A stretch of 64,000 nt of DNA from Bacilli bacterium. Its GTDB lineage: Bacteria > Bacillota_I > Bacilli_A > RFN20 > CAG-826. Position 1 is the stretch's first letter. Each line of letters begins with the position of its first letter. Shown in pieces: positions 36,059-44,500 of the stretch. The notes under the pieces are model-generated. The model was given only the letters and a program-made list of their open reading frames with translations. It was not told the DNA's origin and ran no database searches. The DNA is taken from assembly GCA_017477255.1 (NCBI GenBank), contig JAFUXB010000001.1, forward strand, positions 29,872 to 93,871, written 5' to 3'. The translations under genes were made by a program, and so were the position numbers.

Positions 36059-36831
36059 TGGATAAAAAAGAGATTTTTGAAATATTTGAAAATAAAGATT
36101 TTGACAAGTCTTCTTTTAAAAATTCTCAAATAATTATTAAGGAAAACTCAGTTGTCGAACTTAATTTAAAGCCAACTGAAGAAGAAATTTGTGTGGATTT
36201 AGAAGTGGAAAAGTACGCAAGTTTTAAGCTTGTTATTTTAAATGAAAAAAGCCTTAAAAATTTCAAAATCACTGCAAATCTCCACTCAAATTCTGAATTT
36301 TACATTTATTTTGCAGACTTTTCACTTAATAATTTAGATGTGGAAACTACTATAAATTTAGTTGGGGATTATGCCTCTTCTAAAGTAGAATTTGCATCAC
36401 TAGTTAAAAATGAAGATAAGAAAAAATTTGTAGTTAATTTTGAACATATTGGTAAAAATACTTCATCAGATTTTAAAGGATTTGGTGTTGTTCAAAATAA
36501 AGGAAACTTAGTTGCTAGAGGTGACTCTCACATCACTAAACCAAGTGTAAAATCAAGTGCATCTCAACTTATAAAAGTTATTTTATTTGATAAAGAAAGT
36601 AAAAGTACAGGTTATCCAATTTTACGAATTGATTGTGATGATATTAAAGCAAATCATGGTTGTGCAATTGGAACTGTAAATCCTGATCATATCTTCTATT
36701 TATTAAGTAGAGGATTAAATTTAAATGAAGCTCGTAAATTAATTACTGCTGGTTATCTTTTACCAATTGCAGAAAATTTTAAAGAAAATGAAAAGAATAC
36801 AATCGAGGAAATTGTTGAAAGAAGCATTTAA
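36058..36831 (+). CDS. sufD: Fe-S cluster assembly protein SufD (short form)
   Basis: C-terminal SufB/D beta-helix motif ...DIKANHGCAIGTVNPDHIFYLLSRGLNLNEARKLI. Sits between sufC and sufS. Confidence 0.85.
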   Translation: MDKKEIFEIFENKDFDKSSFKNSQIIIKENSVVELNLKPTEEEICVDLEVEKYASFKLVILNEKSLKNFKITANLHSNSEFYIYFADFSLNNLDVETTINLVGDYASSKVEFASLVKNEDKKKFVVNFEHIGKNTSSDFKGFGVVQNKGNLVARGDSHITKPSVKSSASQLIKVILFDKESKSTGYPILRIDCDDIKANHGCAIGTVNPDHIFYLLSRGLNLNEARKLITAGYLLPIAENFKENEKNTIEEIVERSI

Positions 36832-36832
36832 T

Positions 36833-38062
36833 ATGTACGATGTAAATAAAATTAGAAAAGATTTTCCTATGTTAGATGGCACTAAATTAAATCAAGGCCA
36901 TCCTTTAGTTTACCTTGATAATGCTGCAACAACATTTAAACCAAAATGCGTAATTGAAGCATGTAATCGATATTATGAAGAAGAATGTGCTAACTCACAT
37001 CGTGGAGATTATGATCTTGCATATAAAGTTGATGTAACTGTTGACGAAGTTAGAAATAAAGTCGCTAAATTTATAAATGCTAAAAAAGAAGAAGTTGTAT
37101 TTACTAGTGGAACTTCAATGTCTATAAATCTTGTTGCTTCAGGATATGGTGTAAAACATCTTAAAAAAGGCGATGAAATCTTATTAACTGAAGCTGAACA
37201 TGCTAGTAATGTTCTTCCTTGGTTTAAAGTAAAAGAAATGACAGGATGTTCAATTAATTACATTCCTTTAGATAAAGAAGGAAGATTAACAGTTGAAAAT
37301 GTTAAAAAAACAATTAATAAAAATACAAAGATTGTAGCAATTGCCCAAATAACTAATGTTCTTGGTTATTTATGTGATGTTAAAGAAATAGCTAAAGTTT
37401 GCCATGAATATGGAGCAATATTAGTTCTTGATGGAGCTCAATCAATACCTCATGTACCTGTTGATGTTAAAGATTTAGATTGTGATTTCTTAAGTTTCAG
37501 TGGCCATAAAATTTATGGACCAACTGGAATTGGCGTCTTATATGGAAAGTTTGAACTTTTACAAGATACAGATCCATTTATGAGTGGTGGAGGAAACAAT
37601 GCTAGATTTGATATGTGTGGCAATGTTTCATTCTTACAACCACCTGCAAAATTTGAAGCTGGTACATTAAATCTTGCTGGTATTTATGGACTTGGAGCAG
37701 CCATTGATTATGTTAATAAAATTGGCATGGAAGAGATTCATAAATATGAATTAGAATTAAGAAATTATGCCGTTTCTAAACTAAAAACCCTGCAGAACCT
37801 TATTATTTATAACGAATTTGCAGAAGGTGGCATAATTACAATTAATGTAAAAGACGTATTTGCTCAAGATGAAGCAAGCTATTTAAATAGCAAAGGAATT
37901 TGTGTAAGAAGCGGTGAACATTGTGCAAAAATATTACATGATTTTTTAAAGACAATGGCTACTGTACGAATAAGTTTTGGCTTATATAATACAAAAGAAG
38001 AAATTGATGTATTGTATGAAACTTTAAAAAATGGAGGTGACTTTTTAGATGCGTATTTCTGA
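36833..38062 (+). CDS. sufS: Cysteine desulfurase SufS (class V aminotransferase)
   Basis: YLDNAATTFKP, PLP-Lys context SFSGHKIYGPTGIGVL, active-site loop VRSGEHCA. ATG 36833 lies 1 nt after the sufD stop. Confidence 0.95.
   Translation: MYDVNKIRKDFPMLDGTKLNQGHPLVYLDNAATTFKPKCVIEACNRYYEEECANSHRGDYDLAYKVDVTVDEVRNKVAKFINAKKEEVVFTSGTSMSINLVASGYGVKHLKKGDEILLTEAEHASNVLPWFKVKEMTGCSINYIPLDKEGRLTVENVKKTINKNTKIVAIAQITNVLGYLCDVKEIAKVCHEYGAILVLDGAQSIPHVPVDVKDLDCDFLSFSGHKIYGPTGIGVLYGKFELLQDTDPFMSGGGNNARFDMCGNVSFLQPPAKFEAGTLNLAGIYGLGAAIDYVNKIGMEEIHKYELELRNYAVSKLKTLQNLIIYNEFAEGGIITINVKDVFAQDEASYLNSKGICVRSGEHCAKILHDFLKTMATVRISFGLYNTKEEIDVLYETLKNGGDFLDAYF
37782..37801 (-). repeat. Dispersed motif copy (reverse) inside sufS, a 20-nt exact match to 40282-40301
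   Basis: TAAAAACCCTGCAGAACCTT, read as KTLQNL. Confidence 0.9.
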
Positions 38063-38498
38063 TAACCCATTATTAATGAGAGAGATTATTATGGATCATT
38101 ATAATGACCCAATTAACAAAAAAGTCCCTGAAAATGTTAGTGAATATAAACAAATTCGTATGGACTCAACTAGTTGTATTGATGACATTACAATTTATGT
38201 AAAAGAAAAAAATAATGTTGTTGAAGACTGTAAATTTGATGGTGTTGCTTGCACAATTTGTACATCATCAACAGATATTATGTGTGATTTAGTTAAAGGA
38301 AAAACTAAAGACGAGATCGAAGAAATCGCACATAACTATTTTAATATGATTTATGAAAAAGAATATGATGAAGATTTAATTGAGGAGGCTGTTGTATTTA
38401 AAAATACTTATAAACAAGCTTCAAGAATTAAATGTGCAACACTTGGATGGAATGGATTAAAAGCTATCTTATTTGGTGAAGAAAATGAAGAAAAATAA
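38049..38498 (+). CDS. sufU: Fe-S scaffold/sulfur-transfer protein SufU (IscU/NifU-like)
   Basis: [11 protein letters not shown], three conserved Cys contexts ([20 protein letters not shown]). The start is uncertain (ATG 38049 or 38076). Confidence 0.88.
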   Translation: MRISDNPLLMREIIMDHYNDPINKKVPENVSEYKQIRMDSTSCIDDITIYVKEKNNVVEDCKFDGVACTICTSSTDIMCDLVKGKTKDEIEEIAHNYFNMIYEKEYDEDLIEEAVVFKNTYKQASRIKCATLGWNGLKAILFGEENEEK

Positions 38499-39882
38499 CG
38501 TAATTGATGATACATATAAATATGATTTCAAAGATGATGTCTCTGATATTTTTAATACTGGAAAAGGATTAAATGAAGACGTTATTAGAACAATTTCAAA
38601 AGAGAAAAACGAACCAGAATGGATGCTTGAATTTAGATTAAAAGCATATCGTTCATTTGTTAAATTTCCTTTTGCTAAATTTGGACCAGATGTTTCGCAT
38701 TTAGACTTTAATTCATACACTTATTTCACTAGATATCATAAAACTGAAGAAGATAGTTGGGATAAAGTTCCAGAAACTATTAAAGATACATTTAAAAAAT
38801 TAGGTATTCCTGAAGCTGAACAAAAATATTTAAGTGGTGCAGCCACTCAATATGAATCAGAAATGGTTTATCACAATATGCTTGAGGAAGTTAAAGAAAA
38901 AGGTGTTATTTTTATGTCAACTGACATGGCACTTAAATTCTATCCTGAGTTATTTAAAAAATATTTTGGAACAGTTGTTCCTGTTAATGACAATAAATTT
39001 AGTGCATTAAATAGTGCAGTTTGGAGTGGTGGATCATTTATTTATGTTCCAAAAGGTGTAAAACTTGAAAAACCTCTTCAATCTTACTTTAGAATTAATA
39101 ACGAAAAAACAGGTCAATTTGAAAGAACTTTAATTATTGTTGATGAAGGTGCTGATGTTCATTATGTTGAAGGATGTACAGCTCCAATTTATTCAAATGA
39201 ATCTTTACATGCTGCAGTTGTTGAAATTATTGTTTGTAAAAATGCATCTTGTAGATATTCAACAATTCAAAACTGGTCAAATAACATTGTTAATTTAGTT
39301 ACAAAAAGAGCAGCTGTTTATGAAAACGGCAAAATGGAATGGATTGATGGAAACATTGGTTCTCAAACTAATATGAAATATCCTGCATGTATTTTAAAAG
39401 AAAGAGGAGCAAAAGGAGTTTGTATTAGTGTTGCTTATGCTTCAAAAGGTCAATATCAAGATGCTGGTGCAAGAATGATTCATGAAGCACCAGAAACAAC
39501 TTCACAAATTATTTCTAAATCAATTGTTAAAAATGGTGGAGTTTGTAACTATAGAGGAACAGTTAGAATTAAAGAAGAAGCAATTAATTCTAAATCACAT
39601 ATTGAATGTGATACATTAATGCTTGATGAGTTAAGTTATAGCGATACAATCGCAACAAACGAATGTAAGAACAATGAATCAATATTAGAGCATGAAGCAA
39701 GTGTTTCTAAGATTGATGAAGATAAATTATTCTATTTAATGAGCAGAGGAATTTCTAAAAAAGATGCTATTCAAATGATTGTTATGGGATTTATTGAACC
39801 ATTCTCTCGTGAACTTCCAATGGAGTATGCAGTCGAACTTAATCAACTTATTAAATTAGATATGGAAGGAAGTATTGGATGA
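38485..39882 (+). CDS. sufB: Fe-S cluster assembly protein SufB
   Basis: Canonical SufB (465 aa from ATG 38485) with ...[16 protein letters not shown]...[15 protein letters not shown]. The ORF-track start at 38473 is TTG. Confidence 0.95.
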   Translation: MKKNNVIDDTYKYDFKDDVSDIFNTGKGLNEDVIRTISKEKNEPEWMLEFRLKAYRSFVKFPFAKFGPDVSHLDFNSYTYFTRYHKTEEDSWDKVPETIKDTFKKLGIPEAEQKYLSGAATQYESEMVYHNMLEEVKEKGVIFMSTDMALKFYPELFKKYFGTVVPVNDNKFSALNSAVWSGGSFIYVPKGVKLEKPLQSYFRINNEKTGQFERTLIIVDEGADVHYVEGCTAPIYSNESLHAAVVEIIVCKNASCRYSTIQNWSNNIVNLVTKRAAVYENGKMEWIDGNIGSQTNMKYPACILKERGAKGVCISVAYASKGQYQDAGARMIHEAPETTSQIISKSIVKNGGVCNYRGTVRIKEEAINSKSHIECDTLMLDELSYSDTIATNECKNNESILEHEASVSKIDEDKLFYLMSRGISKKDAIQMIVMGFIEPFSRELPMEYAVELNQLIKLDMEGSIG

Positions 39883-41762
39883 AAAACTACGATGTAATTG
39901 TCGTGGGTGGTGGGCACGCTGGAGTTGAGGCGTGTCTTTCTTGTGCTAAAAGAGGTTTTAGTACTCTTTTAATTACTCTAAATAAAAAAATGATTTCAAA
40001 TATGCCTTGTAATCCATCTATTGGAGGAAGTGCAAAAGGAATTGTTGTTAGAGAAATCGATGCCTTAGGTGGCTATATGGGAAAAGCTGCCGATGCTGAG
40101 TATTTACAAATGAAAATGTTAAATACTAAAAAGGGTCCAGCAGTACAATGTTTAAGAGCTCAAGCTGATAAAAAAAGATATCCACATAATATTCAAAATC
40201 ATTTATATGAAACAGAAAATTTGGATGTTTTAGAAGATCAGGTTGTCGATATTTTGCATGATGAAAATAAGGTTTTAGGAGTAAAAACCCTGCAGAACCT
40301 TGATATTTTTTCAAAAACTGTAATTTTAGCAACTGGAACTTACATGGATAGCGAGATATTAGTTGGACACTCAAAAGTAAGTGGTGGACCTGATGGAGAA
40401 AAGCCTGCAATAGGAATAAGCGATTCTTTAAGAAGAATGGGAATTAAACTTTATAGACTTAAAACAGGAACCCCACAAAGAATAGCTCGTGAATCAATAG
40501 ATTTTTCAAAAACTTTAATTCAATATGGTAATGTTGAAGATGAAGGATTTTCTTATGAAGACGATAAATTCATTCCTTTAGAAGATCAAATTCCATGTTG
40601 GTTAATTTATACAACACCTGAAACTCACAAAATTATTAAAGACAATTTATTAGAAAGCGCCATGTATAGTGGACTTGTTAAAGGTGTTGGTCCAAGATAT
40701 TGTCCATCAATTGAAGATAAAATAGTAAGATTTTCTGAAAAACCACGTCATCAACTCTTTTTAGAACCTGAAAGTTATGATTCAAATTCAATTTATTTAC
40801 AAGGTTTTTCAACTTCAATGCCAAAAGAAGTACAAGACAAGATGGTTCATTCATTACCAGGATTAGAAAATGCTGTTATTTTAAAATATGCATATGCAAT
40901 TGAATACGATGCAATCGAAACTTCTGAATATGATATTTCATTAATGATCAAGAAATGGCCAGGTTTATTTATTGCTGGTCAAATTTGTGGAACTAGTGGT
41001 TATGAAGAAGCTGCAGGACTTGGAATTATGGCTGGTATTAATGCTGGGAATTATATTTTAGGTCTTGAACCATTTGTCTTAAAACGTGATGAAGCTTATA
41101 TTGGAGTAATGATTGATGATTTAATTAATAAAGGTACAAAAGAGCCTTATAGACTATTATCTTCTAGAGCAGAATTTAGATTACTTTTAAGACATGATAA
41201 TGCTGATTTAAGGCTTACTGAATATGGTCATAAATATGGTTTAATTTCTGAGGAAAGATACGCAAAATTTGTCAAAAAGACTGCAGAACTCAACTCAATT
41301 TTAAATTTTTTAGAAAATACGAGTGTTGGGAAGACTAGTAAAGTTAATGAATATCTTGTAAGTTTAGGCTATGAACCATTAGAAAACGGAGTCAAATTAA
41401 AAGATATTTTAAAAAGAAATAATGTTGAATTTTCAGAGCTTAAAAAATACATTAATTTACCAGAAAATTATGATTTAGAACCATATGGTGAAAAACAATT
41501 AAGTATCTTAGTGAAATATGAAGGCTACATTCAAAATGAAAAAGAAGAAGCTTTAAAAATGAGAAAGTTAGAAAGTATATTACTTCCTGATAATATCGAT
41601 TATTTAACTGTAGATGGACTTAGAATTGAAGCAAGACAAAAATTAAATATCGTAAAACCAAAAAATATTGGTCAAGCAAGTAGAATTAGCGGTGTAAATC
41701 CTGCAGATATTAACTCACTAATTTTACAACTTAAAAAAGGACTTGGAAGAAATGAAATTTAA
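39879..41762 (+). CDS. mnmG: tRNA uridine-5-carboxymethylaminomethyl synthesis enzyme MnmG (GidA)
   Basis: [18 protein letters not shown] motif, [22 protein letters not shown]-type motif ([15 protein letters not shown]). Its start overlaps the sufB stop (ATGA). Confidence 0.96.
   Translation: MKNYDVIVVGGGHAGVEACLSCAKRGFSTLLITLNKKMISNMPCNPSIGGSAKGIVVREIDALGGYMGKAADAEYLQMKMLNTKKGPAVQCLRAQADKKRYPHNIQNHLYETENLDVLEDQVVDILHDENKVLGVKTLQNLDIFSKTVILATGTYMDSEILVGHSKVSGGPDGEKPAIGISDSLRRMGIKLYRLKTGTPQRIARESIDFSKTLIQYGNVEDEGFSYEDDKFIPLEDQIPCWLIYTTPETHKIIKDNLLESAMYSGLVKGVGPRYCPSIEDKIVRFSEKPRHQLFLEPESYDSNSIYLQGFSTSMPKEVQDKMVHSLPGLENAVILKYAYAIEYDAIETSEYDISLMIKKWPGLFIAGQICGTSGYEEAAGLGIMAGINAGNYILGLEPFVLKRDEAYIGVMIDDLINKGTKEPYRLLSSRAEFRLLLRHDNADLRLTEYGHKYGLISEERYAKFVKKTAELNSILNFLENTSVGKTSKVNEYLVSLGYEPLENGVKLKDILKRNNVEFSELKKYINLPENYDLEPYGEKQLSILVKYEGYIQNEKEEALKMRKLESILLPDNIDYLTVDGLRIEARQKLNIVKPKNIGQASRISGVNPADINSLILQLKKGLGRNEI
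40282..40301 (-). repeat. Dispersed motif copy (reverse) inside mnmG, a 20-nt exact match to 37782-37801
   Basis: TAAAAACCCTGCAGAACCTT, read as KTLQNL. Confidence 0.9.
40398..40410 (-). repeat. Short motif copy (reverse, GC variant) inside mnmG
   Basis: GAAAAGCCTGCAA has reverse complement TTGCAGGCTTTTC. This is 12/13 identical to the 13497-13509 copy. Confidence 0.55.
41274..41294 (-). repeat. Dispersed motif copy (reverse) inside mnmG
   Basis: AAAAAGACTGCAGAACTCAAC has reverse complement GTTGAGTTCTGCAGTCTTTTT. This is 19/21 identical to the 30644-30664 unit. Read as KKTAELN. Confidence 0.8.
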
Positions 41763-42444
41763 GGATTATAAGCCATTTGAAGAGTTAAAACTTAGGAGCG
41801 ATATCTTCGACCAGTTCGAACTTTTTTATGATACATTAATTGAAGAAAATGCTAAATATAATTTAACTGCAATTACAGATAAAGATGAAGCAATCGAGAA
41901 ACATTTTTATGATTCAATAGTTCTTTTAAAAGAATTTGATTTAAGTAATTCAAATGTTATGGATATTGGATCAGGAGGTGGATTTCCAGCAATTCCTTTA
42001 GCTATATGTTGTCCATCAGCTAATTTTTATTTAGTAGAATCAAGTGCTAAAAAATGTAAGTTTTTAAACTTAGTAAAAGAAAAATTAAATCTTAAAAATG
42101 TAACTGTAATTTGCGGTAGAGTTGAAGAAAACCCTGCAAATCTCAGGTCTTTTTTTGATTTTTGCACTTCAAGAGCTGTTACACAACTTAGAATTTTACT
42201 TGAATTAAGTATTCCATATTTAAAGGTTAACGGCGAACTTTTAGCTCATAAAGGCATTAATTATCAAATTGAAATTAATGATTCAAAATTATCTTTTGAA
42301 AATCTAAATTCAAAAGTGGTTAAAGAATTTGAATATAATTTAGAAAATTGTAAACAAACTAGATATATTTTAGATATTAAAAAACTAAAAGAAACAGATA
42401 AAAAGTATCCACGTAAATATTCACAGATCGTTTCTAATAAGTAG
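41752..42444 (+). CDS. rsmG: 16S rRNA (guanine527-N7)-methyltransferase RsmG (GidB)
   Basis: SAM motif MDIGSGGGFPAIPLAI, ...TSRAV.... The first ATG is at 41752 (the ORF-track start at 41743 is TTG). Overlaps the mnmG end. Confidence 0.93.
   Translation: MKFKDYKPFEELKLRSDIFDQFELFYDTLIEENAKYNLTAITDKDEAIEKHFYDSIVLLKEFDLSNSNVMDIGSGGGFPAIPLAICCPSANFYLVESSAKKCKFLNLVKEKLNLKNVTVICGRVEENPANLRSFFDFCTSRAVTQLRILLELSIPYLKVNGELLAHKGINYQIEINDSKLSFENLNSKVVKEFEYNLENCKQTRYILDIKKLKETDKKYPRKYSQIVSNK
42127..42147 (-). repeat. Dispersed motif copy (reverse) inside rsmG
   Basis: GAAAACCCTGCAAATCTCAGG has reverse complement CCTGAGATTTGCAGGGTTTTC. Read as ENPANLR, a different frame from the sufS/mnmG copies. Confidence 0.8.
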
Positions 42445-42482
42445 ATTAGTTGTAATTTTTGTATAAAGTATTAAAATAAAAG

Positions 42483-42621
42483 TACTTCAGGGTCAGGTGA
42501 AAGTCCTAACTGGCGGTAAACCCCGCGAATCTTATTGATTGAACTTGTGAAATTCAAGTGGCAATAGTAAAGTCTAGATGGAAGAAGTATGTTTTGTCCT
42601 TGGAGTGAAAGGACTTTTTTT
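42483..42621 (+). promoter_or_regulatory. FMN riboswitch (RFN element) with intrinsic terminator
   Basis: CUUCAGGGUCAGGUGAAAGUCCUAACUGGCGGUAAACCCCGCGA...CUUGUGAAAUUCAAGUGGCAAUAGUAAAGUCUAGAUGGAAGAAG matches conserved RFN cores. P1 pairs TACTTC with GAAGTA. The terminator GTCCTT-ggagtga-AAGGAC plus T7 ends at the ribU ATG. Confidence 0.92.
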
Positions 42622-43257
42622 ATGAAAAAAGTATTCACTGTAAAAAACATTGCTGCAATGGGCATCTTCGGAGCTTTAGCTGCAATACTTTATTGTGTGC
42701 CAGGCCTTCAATTTAGTTTATGGTTTGCACCTTCGTTTTTAAAAATTCACTTAGATGAAATTCCTCTTTTAATTGGATCGTTTGCTTATGGACCTTATGT
42801 AGGGCTTGGAGCGTTACTTATTAAAACAATAATAAAAATTCCATTTGATCTAAATAATATGTGTATTGGGGTTTTAGCTGATTTTATGTATGGTATCGCA
42901 CTTTTAGTTCCTGCTTCATTTATTTATGACAAGTTTAGAACATTAAAAGGAGCATTACTTGCAATTTTGATAGGTATTCTTTCTAGTTTAATTGTAAGTG
43001 CATTTGTAGGACTTTATACAATATTCCCACTTTATGAAATTGTTTATGGAGATTTTGTATTAAAAGCATTCCAAGCATTTGATAATTCAATTACATCTTT
43101 AAAAGATATAAAAATAAGTTTTGAATTCTTATTGCCGTTCAATGCATTTAAATTAGGAATTGTATCGATCTCAACTTTTGTTGTTTATAAACCACTTAGA
43201 AAATTAATTGAATTAATAGCAACTAAAAGAAAAGAAGAAACAAAAAAAGACGATTAA
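42622..43257 (+). CDS. ribU: Riboflavin transporter RibU (ECF S-component)
   Basis: MKKVFTVKNIAAMGIFGALAAILY..., about 5-6 TM, 211 aa, directly downstream of the FMN riboswitch. The ORF-track start at 42589 lies inside the riboswitch terminator. Confidence 0.88.
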   Translation: MKKVFTVKNIAAMGIFGALAAILYCVPGLQFSLWFAPSFLKIHLDEIPLLIGSFAYGPYVGLGALLIKTIIKIPFDLNNMCIGVLADFMYGIALLVPASFIYDKFRTLKGALLAILIGILSSLIVSAFVGLYTIFPLYEIVYGDFVLKAFQAFDNSITSLKDIKISFEFLLPFNAFKLGIVSISTFVVYKPLRKLIELIATKRKEETKKDD

Positions 43258-43270
43258 TTCGTCTTTTTTT
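43242..43270. terminator. Bidirectional terminator between ribU and the ferredoxin gene
   Basis: AAAAAAGACGA-ttaat-TCGTCTTTTTT, with the ribU stop codon in the loop. Confidence 0.8.
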
Positions 43271-43285
43271 ATTTTGTTTGATGGA

Positions 43286-43465
43286 TTATCTGCTAATTGC
43301 ACCAGCTGGGCATGATGCAACGACGTCATCAGCAGTTGCTTCATCCATTTCGCCGATAGCTTGAGCTTTTCCATCATCTCCGAATGCGATTGCATCTGGT
43401 GCGAGTGAAATACATAAACCGCAACCAATGCATGCTTCTGGATTAATACTAACTTTTACTGCCAT
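43286..43465 (-). CDS. fdx: Small ferredoxin (59 aa, single Fe-S cluster type; not in the ORF track)
   Basis: Hand translation of the minus strand gives MAVKVSINPEACIGCGLCISLAPDAIAFGDDGKAQAIGEMDEATADDVVASCPAGAISR*. It has CxxCxxC...CP and AAGGAG 8 nt upstream. Confidence 0.9.
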   Translation of the reverse strand: MAVKVSINPEACIGCGLCISLAPDAIAFGDDGKAQAIGEMDEATADDVVASCPAGAISR

Positions 43466-43597
43466 AAAAATTACTCCTTTGGATTATTAATATTATAATT
43501 AAAAACAAATTATTTTAAAACATCAAAATAACGATTTTAGTAATTAACAAATAAATTTGTTATTTGCTCTTGTTAAACTTAAAAAAATAAAATAACT

Positions 43598-43606
43598 ATG
43601 CTAAAA
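43598..43606 (+). promoter_or_regulatory. Extended -10 element (TGcTAAAAT) 7 nt upstream of ATG 43614, candidate leaderless start
   Basis: TG-c-TAAAAT at 43598-43606. No SD lies between it and the ATG. Confidence 0.35.
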
Positions 43607-43613
43607 TATCGTT

Positions 43614-43835
43614 ATGAAAAAACGAGTGGAAAATACATTTGAGAAAGAGAATGAAAATAGTATTTTTGTCGCCGAAGAAAACGAAACAATAAACAATAAA
43701 AGAAAATTAAACCCATTAATTGAAGAATATTCGAAGAAAAGAATGGTTCGTTTAATTTTATATTATGCATTAGTTGGAGTTGTTTTAATTTCTTTAATCG
43801 TTTTATTTACAATTTTAGGGAAGAAAGTCTTATGA
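43614..43835 (+). CDS. Small hypothetical membrane protein (73 aa, C-terminal TM)
   Basis: ORF with a hydrophobic C-terminus (LILYYALVGVVLISLIVLFTIL). Its stop overlaps the cmk start (ATGA). No family recognised. Confidence 0.5.
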   Translation: MKKRVENTFEKENENSIFVAEENETINNKRKLNPLIEEYSKKRMVRLILYYALVGVVLISLIVLFTILGKKVL

Positions 43836-44500
43836 AAACAAACATTTCTATTGCTATTGATGGACCAAGTGCTAGCGGAAAATCAACTGTTGCTAAATTA
43901 ATCGCTAGTGAATTAGGTTTTTTATATGTTGATACAGGTGCAATGTATAGAGCATTTACATATGCTTGTTTAATTAAAGGAATTGACCCTAAAGACAAAG
44001 AAAAATCATGTGATTTAATTGGAAAAATTAATATTGCATTCAATGATGAAAATAAAATTACTTTAGATGGCGTCGATGTTTCTAAAGAAATTAGAACTCC
44101 TGAAGTTGCAGATAATGTTAGCTATATTGCAAGTTATACTCCAGTAAGAAAAGATCTTATTAGAGCTCAAAGAGAAATTGCAAAAGGAAGAAATGTTGTA
44201 ATGGACGGAAGAGATATTGGAAGTTATGTTTTACCAGATTCTCAAGTTAAAATTTATCAAATAGCTGATGCTGAAGAAAGAGCAATTAGAAGACATAAAG
44301 AAAATCTTGAAAAAGGACTTCATTCAACTTATGAAGAAGTATTAGAAAATGTTAAAAAAAGAGATTATATCGATTCACACAGAGAATTTTCACCTTTAGT
44401 TGAAGCTGAAGGAAGTATTAGAATTGATACAACTCACATGACAATTGACGAAGTCAAAAACGCAATTATAAATATTATTAAGGAAAAAGGGCTCATTTAA
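43832..44500 (+). CDS. cmk: Cytidylate kinase
   Basis: IAIDGPSASGKSTVAK..A..LGF.YVDTGAMYRA is canonical Cmk. Confidence 0.95.
   Translation: MKTNISIAIDGPSASGKSTVAKLIASELGFLYVDTGAMYRAFTYACLIKGIDPKDKEKSCDLIGKINIAFNDENKITLDGVDVSKEIRTPEVADNVSYIASYTPVRKDLIRAQREIAKGRNVVMDGRDIGSYVLPDSQVKIYQIADAEERAIRRHKENLEKGLHSTYEEVLENVKKRDYIDSHREFSPLVEAEGSIRIDTTHMTIDEVKNAIINIIKEKGLI

Noticed and set aside
42471-42665. 64-aa minus-strand ORF between rsmG and ribU.
   Set aside because: It exactly covers the FMN riboswitch aptamer and terminator on the + strand. The RNA element explains the conservation-like GC content.
43213-43428. 71-aa minus-strand ORF from the track.
   Set aside because: It is the wrong frame. 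The adjacent frame encodes a textbook ferredoxin with an RBS (43286-43465), and this ORF also runs through the ribU terminator and ribU 3' end.
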